From assembly GCA_963692865.2 (NCBI GenBank), contig OY843592.1:2496001-2560000 (forward strand): DNA of 64,000 bases, given 5' to 3'. The notes under the pieces are model-generated. The model ran no database searches. It was not told the origin of the DNA and saw nothing but the letters and a program-made list of their open reading frames with translations. Below are positions 53,595 through 64,000 of this stretch, in pieces. Positions within the stretch are counted from its first letter, which is position 1. The number at the start of each line of letters is the position of its first letter. The position numbers and the translations under genes are program-made. The DNA is from a bacterium (lineage in GTDB: Bacteria; UBA8248).

Positions 53595-54620
53595 ATGCCC
53601 GAGAGAAGGATATGCGCTTTGGACTACCACGATTTGGCGCGACGCGCCTTGGAAGATGAAAGACCCGGACGAGACGAGGCGCTCTCCGTCATCAATGCGC
53701 CCGATGACGAGATTCTCAAACTTCTGGACGCCGCCTTCTCCGTGCGGCGCGCGTATTTCGGGAAAAAAGTACAGATCCACTACCTCATCAACGCCAAGAG
53801 CGGCATTTGTCCCGAAGATTGCGGATACTGCTCCCAATCTTCCGTCTCAAGCGCCCGGATCGACAGATACGAACTGGTGGACGAAGAACAACTTATGGAA
53901 GGGGCTTCGCGGGCCGAGGCCGCCGGTTCGAGGCGCTACTGCATCGTCATCAGCGCGCGCGGACCGTCGGACGCGGAAATCGAAAGACTCTGCCGGGCCG
54001 TCTCCACGATCAAGTCGCGCCACCGCCTCTCCGTGTGCTGCTCTCTCGGACTGCTGGAAGCTGCCCAGGCCGTCAGGCTCAACGAGGCCGGGGTGGACCG
54101 CTTCAATCACAACCTCAATACGAGCGCGCGTTATTATCCCCGAATCTGTTCCACTCACACCTACGCCGACCGCGTGGACACCCTGAACGCCGCGCGCGGG
54201 GCCGGTCTCGAATTGTGCTCGGGCGTTATTTTCGGGCAAGGGGAGAGCGCGGAGGACGTCGTCTCCGTTTGCGAGGCGCTGAGCGCGCTCGCGCCCGAAT
54301 CCATACCGGTCAACTTTCTCAACCCGATAGGCGGCACGCCGCTCGAAGGAAGACCGCTCCTCGGGCCGCTCGCCTGCCTCAAACTGCTCTGTCTGATGCG
54401 CTTCTACAACCCACGCTCGGAAATTCGCGTCGCCGGGGGAAGGGAAGTTCAACTGAGAGATTTTCAGCCTCTCGCGCTCTACCCGGCCAACTCGATTTTC
54501 GTGGACGGCTACCTCACGACACCCGGCCAGGAGTCGGCCGCGGCGCGACGCATGATCCGTGACGCGGGATTCGAACTCGACACAGAAGGCCACGCCGACC
54601 CGGTCTTGTCGGGGCGATAA
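53595..54620 (+). CDS. bioB: Biotin synthase
   Basis: Radical SAM CPEDCGYC, CCSLG, FNHNLNTS, CSG.IFG.GE, IPVNFL, IRVAGGRE, ANSIF...YLTT. Confidence 0.96.
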   Translation: MPERRICALDYHDLARRALEDERPGRDEALSVINAPDDEILKLLDAAFSVRRAYFGKKVQIHYLINAKSGICPEDCGYCSQSSVSSARIDRYELVDEEQLMEGASRAEAAGSRRYCIVISARGPSDAEIERLCRAVSTIKSRHRLSVCCSLGLLEAAQAVRLNEAGVDRFNHNLNTSARYYPRICSTHTYADRVDTLNAARGAGLELCSGVIFGQGESAEDVVSVCEALSALAPESIPVNFLNPIGGTPLEGRPLLGPLACLKLLCLMRFYNPRSEIRVAGGREVQLRDFQPLALYPANSIFVDGYLTTPGQESAAARRMIRDAGFELDTEGHADPVLSGR

Positions 54621-54839
54621 TCGGGCGAGGAGCGCGTTTCGAGGCATTCACCATGAAGGGGACAGTAAGAGATAGTAAATGAAATTATTTTAGGTATTTA
54701 TATGCTTTCATATCATAAGTCACATTAGCACCGGGTCAGCTGTTATCCGGGCTTGAGCAAGGCTAATTCCGCAGGAACTCCACGAAGTAACTGCCGACCG
54801 CGTCAACACAAGCAAGAGAAAAAACTTGACTGCTCCGCG

Positions 54840-56078
54840 CTAGTCCCTGAAGTCGTCCCGAACTTCGGGTCCCGCCATCGCCACCCCGATGGGCGTGAGC
54901 ACATGCAATACACGAAGCGCGTCATCATGGAGCTTCAATACCTCTTCGAGGCGCTTGTAGGCCTGCGGTGCTTCATCCGTATCGGCTCCTCGAAGCACAA
55001 CTTCCATCTTGGCGATCCACTCATTCATCTGTTCTCGCGTAATCGCGCCGCCCTTGCGAATCAGACGGCCCTTGCGCCATTTTTTCCTGCCGGCGGCCTT
55101 CGTTCTGCTCATCACCCGGCCCGCGCCGTGAATTGTCGAGTAGAGGAGGGATTTCGACCCCGATGTCTCCACGCCTTCGGCGATGACGGAAATATCCCCC
55201 ATGCTCCCGCCGATAAAGCATTTCTGGCCCGGCCAGGCGGGCGTGGCGCCCTTGCGCACCACGATATAACGCTCGCCGCCGTGCTCTTCCTCCCACGCGA
55301 AATTGTGATGGTTGTGGACCTCCCACTCGGAAGCGGCGCCCAGGATTTCGAGCACTCGGCCTCCCACGTAATTCCTCCCGGCGTAGGCGTAGCGCCCCGC
55401 CAGCTTCATGGCGGCGAAATAGTCTCCTCCCAGGGGGGAGGCGAGTGAAAACACGGTGGCGGGAGCGTGCATATCCTCTCGGGCGGGCGGATCGGCGAAC
55501 TTCCTGTTTTTCGCCAGATTCAAAAACCCGGTGCACGTCTTGTGGCCAAAGCCCCTGGAGCCGAAATGAATCCCGATCCAGAGCGCGTCGTCCGCCTCGT
55601 CGACGAATAAATCGACGTAATGATTGCCCGCGCCGACCGTGCCCAGCTGGGAGCGCGCGAGCGGCTTCAAATCCTCGAGTTCGGGCATCAACTTCCATGA
55701 GGGGTCATCGAAAAGCGCATCGTCTATGGGCTCAGGATTCTTCCGGCCCATGCCGAATTCGAGGTTCCGGAATATCTCGTCCATGATGGCGGAGAGACTG
55801 GGGCGCACGTCCGATGCCTTCAGGTTCGTCCTGATGGCCTTGTTGCCGCAGGCGATGTCATAGCCCACGCCACTCGGCGATACGGCGTTCTCGTAGGCGA
55901 TGATTCCGCCGATGGGCATGGAGTACCCCAAATGATGATCGGCGCATAGAGCGCCGGCGCGCGCTTCTTCATCGGCGAGACAGCACTCGATCTGGCGAAG
56001 AGCGCCTTCATCGAGAGGATGTCCGCGGACGGCGAGGGGTTTATCTTTGATATGAGTCGCCATGACCCAGTCTATCAT
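54840..56078 (-). CDS. rtcB: RtcB family RNA 2',3'-cyclic phosphate ligase
   Basis: D.H.GY..PIGG, VGYDIACG, LGTVG.GNHY, HFGSRG.G, HN.A, RKGATPA, GSMG, HGAGR.MSR. Confidence 0.95.
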   Translation of the reverse strand: MIDWVMATHIKDKPLAVRGHPLDEGALRQIECCLADEEARAGALCADHHLGYSMPIGGIIAYENAVSPSGVGYDIACGNKAIRTNLKASDVRPSLSAIMDEIFRNLEFGMGRKNPEPIDDALFDDPSWKLMPELEDLKPLARSQLGTVGAGNHYVDLFVDEADDALWIGIHFGSRGFGHKTCTGFLNLAKNRKFADPPAREDMHAPATVFSLASPLGGDYFAAMKLAGRYAYAGRNYVGGRVLEILGAASEWEVHNHHNFAWEEEHGGERYIVVRKGATPAWPGQKCFIGGSMGDISVIAEGVETSGSKSLLYSTIHGAGRVMSRTKAAGRKKWRKGRLIRKGGAITREQMNEWIAKMEVVLRGADTDEAPQAYKRLEEVLKLHDDALRVLHVLTPIGVAMAGPEVRDDFRD

Positions 56079-56180
56079 GCAGGGGAGTTCAAGAAAAAGG
56101 TGAGGAATCGGGCCGGGGTATTATTTTACATAACATATCTTATCGTTATTTTCCTGCATGGTGAATTTCCGGGATGCCCG

Positions 56181-56846
56181 TTATTTGGCGGCTCTTTCGC
56201 CGCTCAGCTTCGCGCGGATATGACCGCTCAAAAACGGACTCTCAGGATGCTTTTTGCTCAATTCCTCGTAAGTCTTGCGCGCATCCTCCGTCCGGCCGAG
56301 CTTCTCCTGACAATCGGCAATGGATATATACAGATCCTCGGACGTGAAGAAACTCCCTTTTTTGAGAATCGATTCCCAGACCGAGACGGCCTCGGCGCAG
56401 GCGCCCTCCAGCATCAAGACGGAGGCGATTCCGCGTTTCGCCAGTTCCTTGTCGGTCTCCGAAGAAATGCTGCTCTTCTCCACGAGTTCATACTGCGCCC
56501 GCGCGCCCTGGTATTGTTTTCTCTCGCGCAGCAAGGCCGCCAGGTGCAATCGCGCCAGAAGGCCCGGACGCGAGCGTGGATGCTCGTCCGCCACTTTTTG
56601 GAACGCGGCTTCCGCCGCCTCGCCGCCCGGAGAAGCGGTTTTGGCCAAACCATATGCCAAGGCCGCCTTTTCGCGTGCGCGCTCATCCCACATCCGGTAG
56701 CCCACAAAAACGGCGGCCACCAGAATAACGGCGCCCAGCCCCATATAGAGAATCTTCTGGTTTTCGGCGAACCAGAGAACCACCTTTCTTCCCTGAGTCT
56801 GCAGCGCATCCGGCTGGCGGATTTCCTTTCTGAAAGTTCTGGCCAT
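56181..56846 (-). CDS. Membrane-anchored TPR protein (YfgM-like)
   Basis: N-terminal TM then TPR helices (A.L.LA, A...Y, HP.SP). Confidence 0.75.
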   Translation of the reverse strand: MARTFRKEIRQPDALQTQGRKVVLWFAENQKILYMGLGAVILVAAVFVGYRMWDERAREKAALAYGLAKTASPGGEAAEAAFQKVADEHPRSRPGLLARLHLAALLRERKQYQGARAQYELVEKSSISSETDKELAKRGIASVLMLEGACAEAVSVWESILKKGSFFTSEDLYISIADCQEKLGRTEDARKTYEELSKKHPESPFLSGHIRAKLSGERAAK

Positions 56847-57015
56847 CTTACGATAATCCTTTAGTATGAAAATCCTGTTCGACTACCCGTATTCAAAGTT
56901 CTCACGCGGTTGCCGTCTTTGGAAATGAGCGGGTGGCACGATAAGCGGAACGGACGGTTCCGTCAATCGCGCTTCGAAATCGGAGGCGGAATCAAAAGGT
57001 GAAATCCGGCAAGTT

Positions 57016-57438
57016 TCAACGGTTCTTATCAAGAATTTCGAGTATTTCCCGGAGTTCCTGGCGCATCCACGTCAGGTCGACGTTTTCCCGACTCGGGTTT
57101 TCAAACGGCAGCACAGGAGCGATTTCCGGCCCGGCCTCGACCGGCTTTTTCGCCTTGTTCGCTTCGGCTCGCGCTGCTCGTTGTTTTTGAAGCTGCTTCT
57201 TGGCTCCGGCAATGGTGAAGTTCTCTTCGTACAACAACTGCTTGATCGAAAAAACGAGTTCCACGTCTTTGCGGCGATATACCCGTTGCCCGGAGTCACC
57301 TTTCGCCGGCCGGAGCATTCGGAATTCACTCTCCCAGTAGCGCAGCACATGAGGCTTCGTGCCCGTCAATTCCGCAACCTCACCGATTTTGAAGAACAGT
57401 TTGTCGGGTATCTGCTGATTCGGGGCGGTCCGGGCCAT
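57016..57438 (-). CDS. MerR family transcriptional regulator
   Basis: [12 protein letters not shown]....[16 protein letters not shown]...DV, LLYEE.FTIAGAK; SD GGGAG. Confidence 0.92.
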   Translation of the reverse strand: MARTAPNQQIPDKLFFKIGEVAELTGTKPHVLRYWESEFRMLRPAKGDSGQRVYRRKDVELVFSIKQLLYEENFTIAGAKKQLQKQRAARAEANKAKKPVEAGPEIAPVLPFENPSRENVDLTWMRQELREILEILDKNR

Positions 57439-57448
57439 TGTCGACTCC

Positions 57449-58699
57449 CTATTTACGCAACCTGCGACGAACAACGATGGCGTCCCCGAATCCGTCCTGA
57501 CGTATTTTCTTCCTGAACGCCAACGCCTCGCGGAGGCTCCCGAACTTCCCGGTTCGTATCCTGTAAAGCCGCCTCGTCTCTGCGCGCCGGAGACGGGAGG
57601 CGAGCTCGCCTCGAAAACCGGAATCCTCCACGCGGTCCAAGAGCAGAGCGGCATCTTCCAGATTCCTGAAACTACCCACCGCTACTTTCCATTGATTATC
57701 CGATCGGTATACCCTGGCTCCGATCTTTTTCTTCCTCGCCCTGCTCGCCAGGACCCGCGCCTCGGCCAGACTCGAAAACGAACCGAGACGCACCTCCGTC
57801 ATTCGGCGGCTGCTGCGCCTCCTCGCACGGTTCGTGCCTGCAACCTTGAAGGCTGAAAATCCTTTTTGCTTCAAGCGTTTTGAAAATGACTCCGCGCAAC
57901 GCCGGGTGCTGCAGGAAGCCACCTGCACGCTGTAATAAAAACTCCGGGTCGCCTTGCGGGCGTCTCCCCGAATGATCCGAGCCGGCTTTTTCCCGGCAAG
58001 CTGTTTTCCGGGTTTCGCCCTTTCGGGAGGGGCTTTCTTCTCGGGCTTTGGCGCCGCAGGCGTCGTTTCGCGCCTCGGTTTCGCCGTCATCCCAGGCGGA
58101 GGGACGGGCTTTTGCATCGTCGGAGTTGCGGCGAGCGGCGTCTTTTCAGCCCGGTTTGGAGGCGTGTTTTTTTCCAACATCGCTACGGCGGCGGACGGCG
58201 CTTTCCCCGTCGGGCCTGGGGCTGTGGAATTTCGTCTGATTGTCGGCGCGGCGGGTGGCGCCGTTGTTTCGGTCGGCCTCGATGGCGAGGGTCGCCCGGA
58301 CTGCATGTTTGGCTCCGGTGCGCCCATGGTTCTTTTTGGGGCTTGCGAGCCTGCGGACCGAGAAAACCGCTCATTGGCCCGGGGAGACTGCCTCTCGCGT
58401 ACCGAAGCGCCTCCCATTTTCGCCAAGCGTGTTTTTCTTTGTTGTTCCTGCTTCAGGCGGGCTTGTTCGATCTGCGCCTCTTTTTTGACTTTGGGAAGCC
58501 ACCAGAACTGGTAACCCGCCCATGCCACTCCGCCCAGCATGACGCATACGAAAAGAATGACCATCAATGCATCGACGAATCCGCCTCTGCGACGCTCGTA
58601 ATCCCCTCCTCCGTCTCCGGAGTCGGAGTTGGTTCCCGAGTCGTCGTCCCTTTCTTCGTCATCATCGCCTTCCAGAAGATTCACCCCTTTACTCGCCAT
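57449..58699 (-). CDS. SPOR-domain cell envelope/division protein
   Basis: Acidic N-tail, one TM, Pro-rich linker, multiple SPOR repeats (YSVQVAS, V.LGSF, V.VGSF, YRIRTG.F). Confidence 0.8.
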   Translation of the reverse strand: MASKGVNLLEGDDDEERDDDSGTNSDSGDGGGDYERRRGGFVDALMVILFVCVMLGGVAWAGYQFWWLPKVKKEAQIEQARLKQEQQRKTRLAKMGGASVRERQSPRANERFSRSAGSQAPKRTMGAPEPNMQSGRPSPSRPTETTAPPAAPTIRRNSTAPGPTGKAPSAAVAMLEKNTPPNRAEKTPLAATPTMQKPVPPPGMTAKPRRETTPAAPKPEKKAPPERAKPGKQLAGKKPARIIRGDARKATRSFYYSVQVASCSTRRCAESFSKRLKQKGFSAFKVAGTNRARRRSSRRMTEVRLGSFSSLAEARVLASRARKKKIGARVYRSDNQWKVAVGSFRNLEDAALLLDRVEDSGFRGELASRLRRAETRRLYRIRTGKFGSLREALAFRKKIRQDGFGDAIVVRRRLRK

Positions 58700-58724
58700 G
58701 ACAGGAACCCTCTATGTGCGAAAT

Positions 58725-60812
58725 TTAGTCGTTCTCGCGAACTTCCGCCGCCTCGGATATGATTTTTTCAGAAATCTGCCCCGGCACTTCCTCGTAATGT
58801 GAAAACTCCACGGAGAAATCGCCCCGGTCCGCGGTAAGCGACCGCAGTGCGGGCGCGTAGTTCAACACCTCCGCCATGGGAACCTGGGATTTAATGACCT
58901 GTTTGCCGCCAACGCCGGGGTCCATGCCGAGCACCCTGCCCCTGCGAGAGTTCATGTCCCCGATGATGTCGCCCATATACTCTTCGGGAAGAATGATTTG
59001 CATGTTCATGATTGGCTCGAGAAGGGTCGGCCTGCATTCCTGAACGCCTTTCTTGAAGCCCAGAGAACCGGCAATCTTGAACGCCATCTCAGAACTGTCG
59101 ACGTTGTGAAAACTGCCGTCATACAGCGTGATCTTGAGGTCCGTAACGGGATAGCCCGCCAGGGTCCCCGAGTCCATCGCTTCGACAATCCCCTTCTCTA
59201 CGGCCGGAATAAACGTCTTGGGAATCGCGCCGCCCACGATCTTGTCCACGAACTCGAACCCGCCGCCGCGTTGCAGCGGCTCGATTTCAAGCCAGGTGTC
59301 TCCAAACTGCCCTCGCCCACCGGTTTGTTTCTTGTAGCGGCCCTGCACCTTGGTTCTGCCCTTAATCGTTTCCTTATACGGCACGCGCGGAGTCTTCATC
59401 TCCACTTCTACGCCATATTTGCGCTTGATGCGCTCGACCATCACTTCGATGTGTAAAACGCCCAGGCCCGAAAGGAGCATCTCTTTCGTCTGAGGGTCGC
59501 GACTGACGGTGAGCGCGGGGTCCTCATCGCGCAAACGCGTGAGGGCCGTGCTGAGTTTCTCCTCATCGCCTTTGCTCTTGGGCGCCACGGCATAGGAAAT
59601 GACGGGCGAGGGAAAGTTGATGGGCTCGAACACGATGGAGCCGGCCTCATCGCAAAGCGTATCTCCGGTTCTCGTGGTTTTCAGCTTGGCGAGCGCCGCG
59701 ATATCTCCCGGGACGAGTCTGTCGGAAACGGGAGACTGGCTTTTCCCTTGAATGAAGAACAAAGAACCGATTCTCTCTTTCTCCGATTGCGTGGTGTTGA
59801 GAACGCCGGTATCGGAAGAAACCTCGCCCGAGACCACCCGGAAATAATTCAACTTGCCGGCGAATGCGTCTACAACCGTCTTGAACACCAGGGCGCGGAA
59901 GGGTTCTTCCGCATCCGCCTGAATGTTCACCTCCTCGTCATCGGAATTTTTCGCCTTGAACACGTGCGAAGATGGCGACGCGCCGAACTGCTCAATCGCC
60001 TGGAGCAAAAGGTCCGTGCCTACGTTTTTCAAACCGCAACCGCACAAGACCGGCAAAAAGGAACCTTCATGGATTCCCTGGCGCAACCCTTCGACAATCT
60101 CATCCGGTGAGAGTTCTTCCCCCTCCAGATATTTCTCAAGGACTTCTTCGTTCGCTTCCGCCGCGAACTCGATGAGCTGCCCGCGATACTCTTCACAGGC
60201 ATCTGCAAGTTCGGCCGGAACGTCGCCTTCCACGGCCTTGCCGTTGCCCTCCTCCTGGTAGGTGTAGGCCTTGCCCGAAATGAGATCGACGACTCCGTTG
60301 AAATCGGCGCCGGGATTCACGGGTAATTGAAGCACGACGAGACGTTTGTTGATCGTCTTCTCCGCATACTCCATCGCGCGGCTCAAGTCGGCTTGTTCAT
60401 GATCCATCTGGTTCAGATATATGAACGTGCACAAACCCTCTTCTTCGGCCCAGGCCAACACTTTTTCGGTGATCACCTTCGGCTCCGAGTGCGCATTCAG
60501 AACGACGACGGCGCTGTCGCATGCGCGAATGGCCGCAACGGTGTCGGATATGAAATTCGAATATCCCGGCGTATCGAGAAGATTGAAGCGGTGCCTGTTC
60601 CAATCGGCGTAGGCCACAGCGCCCAGGATGGAGGAATTTCTCTTTACTTCTTCAGGTTCCGAGTCGAGTATGGTGTTCCCGGCGTCCACCTTTCCTTGCC
60701 TGTCCGTGCTTCCCGCTGTGAAGAGGCAGGCTTCCACGAGAGAAGTTTTTCCGTTTCCTCCCTCTCCCACAAAGGCAATGTTTCGGATTTTGTCTGTTTC
60801 GTGCGACGCCAT
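58725..60812 (-). CDS. Elongation factor G paralogue (EF-G II type)
   Basis: Full five-domain EF-G; GEGGNGKT, DTPGY, NQMD, KKQTGGRGQFG, DGSFH.VDSSE.AF; lacks RGITI; not in str operon. Confidence 0.92.
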   Translation of the reverse strand: MASHETDKIRNIAFVGEGGNGKTSLVEACLFTAGSTDRQGKVDAGNTILDSEPEEVKRNSSILGAVAYADWNRHRFNLLDTPGYSNFISDTVAAIRACDSAVVVLNAHSEPKVITEKVLAWAEEEGLCTFIYLNQMDHEQADLSRAMEYAEKTINKRLVVLQLPVNPGADFNGVVDLISGKAYTYQEEGNGKAVEGDVPAELADACEEYRGQLIEFAAEANEEVLEKYLEGEELSPDEIVEGLRQGIHEGSFLPVLCGCGLKNVGTDLLLQAIEQFGASPSSHVFKAKNSDDEEVNIQADAEEPFRALVFKTVVDAFAGKLNYFRVVSGEVSSDTGVLNTTQSEKERIGSLFFIQGKSQSPVSDRLVPGDIAALAKLKTTRTGDTLCDEAGSIVFEPINFPSPVISYAVAPKSKGDEEKLSTALTRLRDEDPALTVSRDPQTKEMLLSGLGVLHIEVMVERIKRKYGVEVEMKTPRVPYKETIKGRTKVQGRYKKQTGGRGQFGDTWLEIEPLQRGGGFEFVDKIVGGAIPKTFIPAVEKGIVEAMDSGTLAGYPVTDLKITLYDGSFHNVDSSEMAFKIAGSLGFKKGVQECRPTLLEPIMNMQIILPEEYMGDIIGDMNSRRGRVLGMDPGVGGKQVIKSQVPMAEVLNYAPALRSLTADRGDFSVEFSHYEEVPGQISEKIISEAAEVREND

Positions 60813-61030
60813 CTACCCCAACTCCTCTTATATCAGCCGTTTGGCAACGTGACGTTCAGCCAGAGTCTCTCGCCCGACCCGGTGATGAGTGCGAAAACCA
60901 GCATTTCTGGAATCCTGCCATTCAAGGTTTGCTTTGTCAATCAGAATGAATTACTTGCAGGGCATCATTAAAGCTGGGCATGAACTATGAAATTGGGCGT
61001 GCGCCCCCGAACCCTCGAAAATCCTTGAGG

Positions 61031-62398
61031 TTATCGCCTCGCTCTTGCGTTTCGTCTTCGGGGGGCGTCCGTCCCCCTTTGGCGGAAGCTCACCCGAAGC
61101 GGCGTACCCTCAAAATCAAATCGCTCTCTCAACCTGTTTTCCACGTACCTCCCGTATTGTTCCAGGGGGATCCGGCTTACGAGACTCGCAAAGAGTATGA
61201 TATGGGGCGGCGAAACGCCGCTCTGCGTGGAATAATACACCTTTGGGCGCCGCCCTCCTGAAACCGTGGGCGGGGGGTGGGAATGAACGATTTCCGCTAT
61301 CGCCCGGTTCAATTGTCCGGTGGGAACGCGCCTGACGTAAGACTCGAAGATTTTCTCTACGACATCGAAAACACGCTCGCATCTCTGCCCCGTCAGAGCG
61401 GAGACGGAAAGAACCGGCGCGAACTGGATGTGGACCAGTTTGTCCTTGATCTCGCGTACTTTCTCGTCAAACGTCTTGCTCCCCTTCGCCAGGAGGTCCC
61501 ATTTGTTCAACAAGATCGCGCAGGCTCGGCCGGATTCCTTGATGTGGCGGGCTATTTGCGCATCCATCGCCTTCGGGCCTTCAGCCGCGTCGATGAGAAG
61601 CAAAGCGATCTGGGCGCGCTCGATGCTGCGATAAGCCATTATCATACTCACCGCCTCCACCTGGCGCTTGCCGATCTTTCCTCTTCTCCTGATGCCGGCC
61701 GTATCGACGAGACGATAGGATTTTCCTTCTCTTATGCACAGGGAATCCACGGGGTCTCGCGTCGTGCCGGGCACGGGACTCACTAAGGTGCGTTCGCTTC
61801 CCAGAATTTGATTCACGAAAGAGGATTTCCCCACGTTCGGGCGGCCGACCACGGCGATACGAAGCTCATTCGTATCTTCGCTCTCCTCGACCCCGGTTTC
61901 ACTGGAAGCGATGCGAAACGCTTCGTCCATCACCTCGGACACGCCTGAACCGTGCTCCGCCGAAACGGGCCGAACCTCCCCGAGACCGAGTTGGTAGAAA
62001 TCCCATTCCGTCTCTCGCGCGCGCCTGGAATCCGATTTGTTCACGATGAGCAGCACCGGTTTTTGCGAGACGCGGAGCATATGCGCCACCTCATGGTCTC
62101 CGGGAAGAAGGCCCTCGATTCCGTCGACGAGAAATAAAACGACATCGCTTTCCTCGACGGCGACCGCCGTCTGTTCCTGAATTTTCGGCGAGAACGGATC
62201 TCCTTCCGCAGCGGCGATGCCTCCCGTATCGACAGCGAGAAATTTCTGGCCTTCCCACTCTCCTTCTCCGTAGCGCCTGTCCCGCGTCACCCCCGGCTCT
62301 GCCTGCACGATGGCGTCGCGTCTGCCGATGAGGCGATTGAAGAGCGTGGATTTCCCCACATTCGGGCGACCGACGATTACGAAGACGGGAGAAGGCAT
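61031..62398 (-). CDS. der: Ribosome biogenesis GTPase Der (EngA)
   Basis: Two G domains (GRPNVGKS twice, DTGG/DTAG, NKSD/NKWD) and KH-like tail. Confidence 0.97.
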   Translation of the reverse strand: MPSPVFVIVGRPNVGKSTLFNRLIGRRDAIVQAEPGVTRDRRYGEGEWEGQKFLAVDTGGIAAAEGDPFSPKIQEQTAVAVEESDVVLFLVDGIEGLLPGDHEVAHMLRVSQKPVLLIVNKSDSRRARETEWDFYQLGLGEVRPVSAEHGSGVSEVMDEAFRIASSETGVEESEDTNELRIAVVGRPNVGKSSFVNQILGSERTLVSPVPGTTRDPVDSLCIREGKSYRLVDTAGIRRRGKIGKRQVEAVSMIMAYRSIERAQIALLLIDAAEGPKAMDAQIARHIKESGRACAILLNKWDLLAKGSKTFDEKVREIKDKLVHIQFAPVLSVSALTGQRCERVFDVVEKIFESYVRRVPTGQLNRAIAEIVHSHPPPTVSGGRRPKVYYSTQSGVSPPHIILFASLVSRIPLEQYGRYVENRLRERFDFEGTPLRVSFRQRGTDAPRRRNARARR

Positions 62399-62426
62399 GG
62401 AGGTGTATCCAGATGAGGAATGGGTT

Positions 62427-63803
62427 TTAGCGTGCCAGAGCGCTCTTCCCGGCCTTGCCGGAGCCGACGCCCACAAACCGCATGATACCTTCTGCAATCC
62501 CTTCCGCAAGCGCCTGGCGGTACTTGGGACTGCGCATCCGCCGCGCTTCCCGACGGTTCGAGATGAAGGCGACCTCGACCAATATGCTCGGCATCCGGGC
62601 GCCGAGCAGCACATAAAACGGCCCGCGCTTTACGCCCAAATTGCGGACGCCGCGATAACCCGGCCTCAGGCGCGAGAGCATCGCTTGTTGAATCTGCCGG
62701 GCCAATTTTTGTGATTCGTTGACCTTCGTCCTCAACCCCAGGTCGTTGAGTATCTTTTCCAAATCATCCATGCGCTCGATTGTCGTCCCGCTCTCTCTGG
62801 CCGCCAATCTGCGCGCTCTCTCAGACGAGGCCTCGCTCAAAAGATAGGTTTCGATTCCGCGAAGGCGCCGTGAACGCGCGCTGTTCGCATGAATCGACAC
62901 GAAAATGTCCGCGCCATGCTCATTGGCGAACGCCGTCCTCGAAGGAAGGGAAACGTACCTATCGGTGGTTCGAGTGAGATAGATTCGGTTGCCGCGCAAG
63001 GCATGCCTCAATACACGTCTGGTTCTAAAGGCAATATCCAGTGCGACATCTTTTTCCTTTATGCCGGACAAGCCGACCGCGCCCGGGTCTTTGCCCCCAT
63101 GTCCCGGGTCCAGGACGATTCTGCCAAGACCGTGGCGAAATCTTTGCGTCAAATCCATTTCTCGGCGCGTCAGTGATTTGCGGCGAGGAGGCGTTCGGAG
63201 TGCGCGAGTGGGTTTTTCGGGTTCCGGGCGCTTGCGCTTCCTCCTTCGGGAAAGTTTCGAGATGCTCTCGCTTTTGGCCCACACGTCAACCACGATGCGC
63301 TGCGGACTCGGGAGGGTGAAAATACGGTATTTGACGTCGTCAGCGTTCGCGATATCAATCACGAAGCGCAGGCTGTTCTTGCGCGGCTTGCCGAACCTGA
63401 GCCGGGATACGATGCTTTTTTTCGGGGTAAATTTCGGAATTCGAGCGCTCCGTCCAATGCGCCCTCGAGGGATGTCGATAAAAATTCGCGTAGGCTTCTT
63501 CAAGGCGCCCGATTTGAAATCAAACGTTTCGCGGTTCAATATGAAGACTATCCGCGCATAACCCGGTGTCGAAAATTTTCGAATCCCGATAATGCCAGCA
63601 CTCGACCCCTGCACGCCGCGAGCACTTCCCTCACCTTGCGGCCAGACAACGAGCAACAAAACGAGAGGGAGAAACAGATTCCCCGACAACCGTTTTGTCT
63701 TTTTTCTCCTGCCCGGCGTGGCGAACAAATTTCCGACCACAGAAATTTCTCCCGGGGCGGGCGGCGTATCGGGTGCGAAGAATTCTAGGTGCCCTGTTGC
63801 CAA
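62427..63803 (-). CDS. N-acetylmuramoyl-L-alanine amidase with AMIN domains (AmiC-like)
   Basis: [35 protein letters not shown]; start uncertain. Confidence 0.92.
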   Translation of the reverse strand: MATGHLEFFAPDTPPAPGEISVVGNLFATPGRRKKTKRLSGNLFLPLVLLLVVWPQGEGSARGVQGSSAGIIGIRKFSTPGYARIVFILNRETFDFKSGALKKPTRIFIDIPRGRIGRSARIPKFTPKKSIVSRLRFGKPRKNSLRFVIDIANADDVKYRIFTLPSPQRIVVDVWAKSESISKLSRRRKRKRPEPEKPTRALRTPPRRKSLTRREMDLTQRFRHGLGRIVLDPGHGGKDPGAVGLSGIKEKDVALDIAFRTRRVLRHALRGNRIYLTRTTDRYVSLPSRTAFANEHGADIFVSIHANSARSRRLRGIETYLLSEASSERARRLAARESGTTIERMDDLEKILNDLGLRTKVNESQKLARQIQQAMLSRLRPGYRGVRNLGVKRGPFYVLLGARMPSILVEVAFISNRREARRMRSPKYRQALAEGIAEGIMRFVGVGSGKAGKSALAR

Positions 63804-64000
63804 CTCTTCAAGTATTGTTCCTGTTCATCCGTGAGCGTATCGATCTCCACACCCATGCTCTGTAGTTTCAGGCGGGCGATATCGTCATCCAACTCCTGGG
63901 GCACGGAATACACCTCGTTTCCCAGATTCTGGCCTTCCTTCACGATGTATTCAGCGGCCAGGGCCTGATTGGCGAAGCTCATGTCCATCACGCTGCTCGG
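63785..64000 (-). CDS. ahcY: Adenosylhomocysteinase, C-terminal part (partial)
   Basis: [13 protein letters not shown]...VY.VP..LD..IA.LKL...GV.ID.LT.EQ..YL.SW..GT. Confidence 0.92.
   Translation of the reverse strand, partial: PSSVMDMSFANQALAAEYIVKEGQNLGNEVYSVPQELDDDIARLKLQSMGVEIDTLTDEQEQYLKSWQQGT

Overview
64-kb chromosomal segment of a diderm bacterium; gene content and order look deltaproteobacterial/Nitrospinota-Tectomicrobia-like (inference only). It carries about 50 CDS: housekeeping genes (secA, surE-pcm, nlpD-apt, bioB, rtcB, an EF-G paralogue, der, an AmiC-like amidase, partial ahcY), a DtxR-family regulator ahead of an Fe3+ ABC transporter, a GldA/F/G-DUF4340 ABC operon behind a near-perfect CIRCE operator, two metY paralogues, many orphan catabolic enzymes and three tRNAs (Pro-GGG, Pro-CGG, Arg-CCT). 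No transposase, integrase, cas gene or CRISPR array was recognised. The most unusual signal is non-coding. Between about 26.9 and 48.0 kb most large intergenic gaps hold a hierarchically nested repeat system: (1) non-autonomous elements with 14-bp termini GGGGYTGTYGRAAA and 4-5-bp flanking direct repeats; (2) inside them, several REP-like palindrome families; (3) inside those, 20-31-bp GTCRRRY...RYYYGAC micro-hairpins that each replace about 7 nt of their host; (4) in two cases a further terminal-repeat element sits in the micro-hairpin loop. All coordinates were read by eye and no database search was run.
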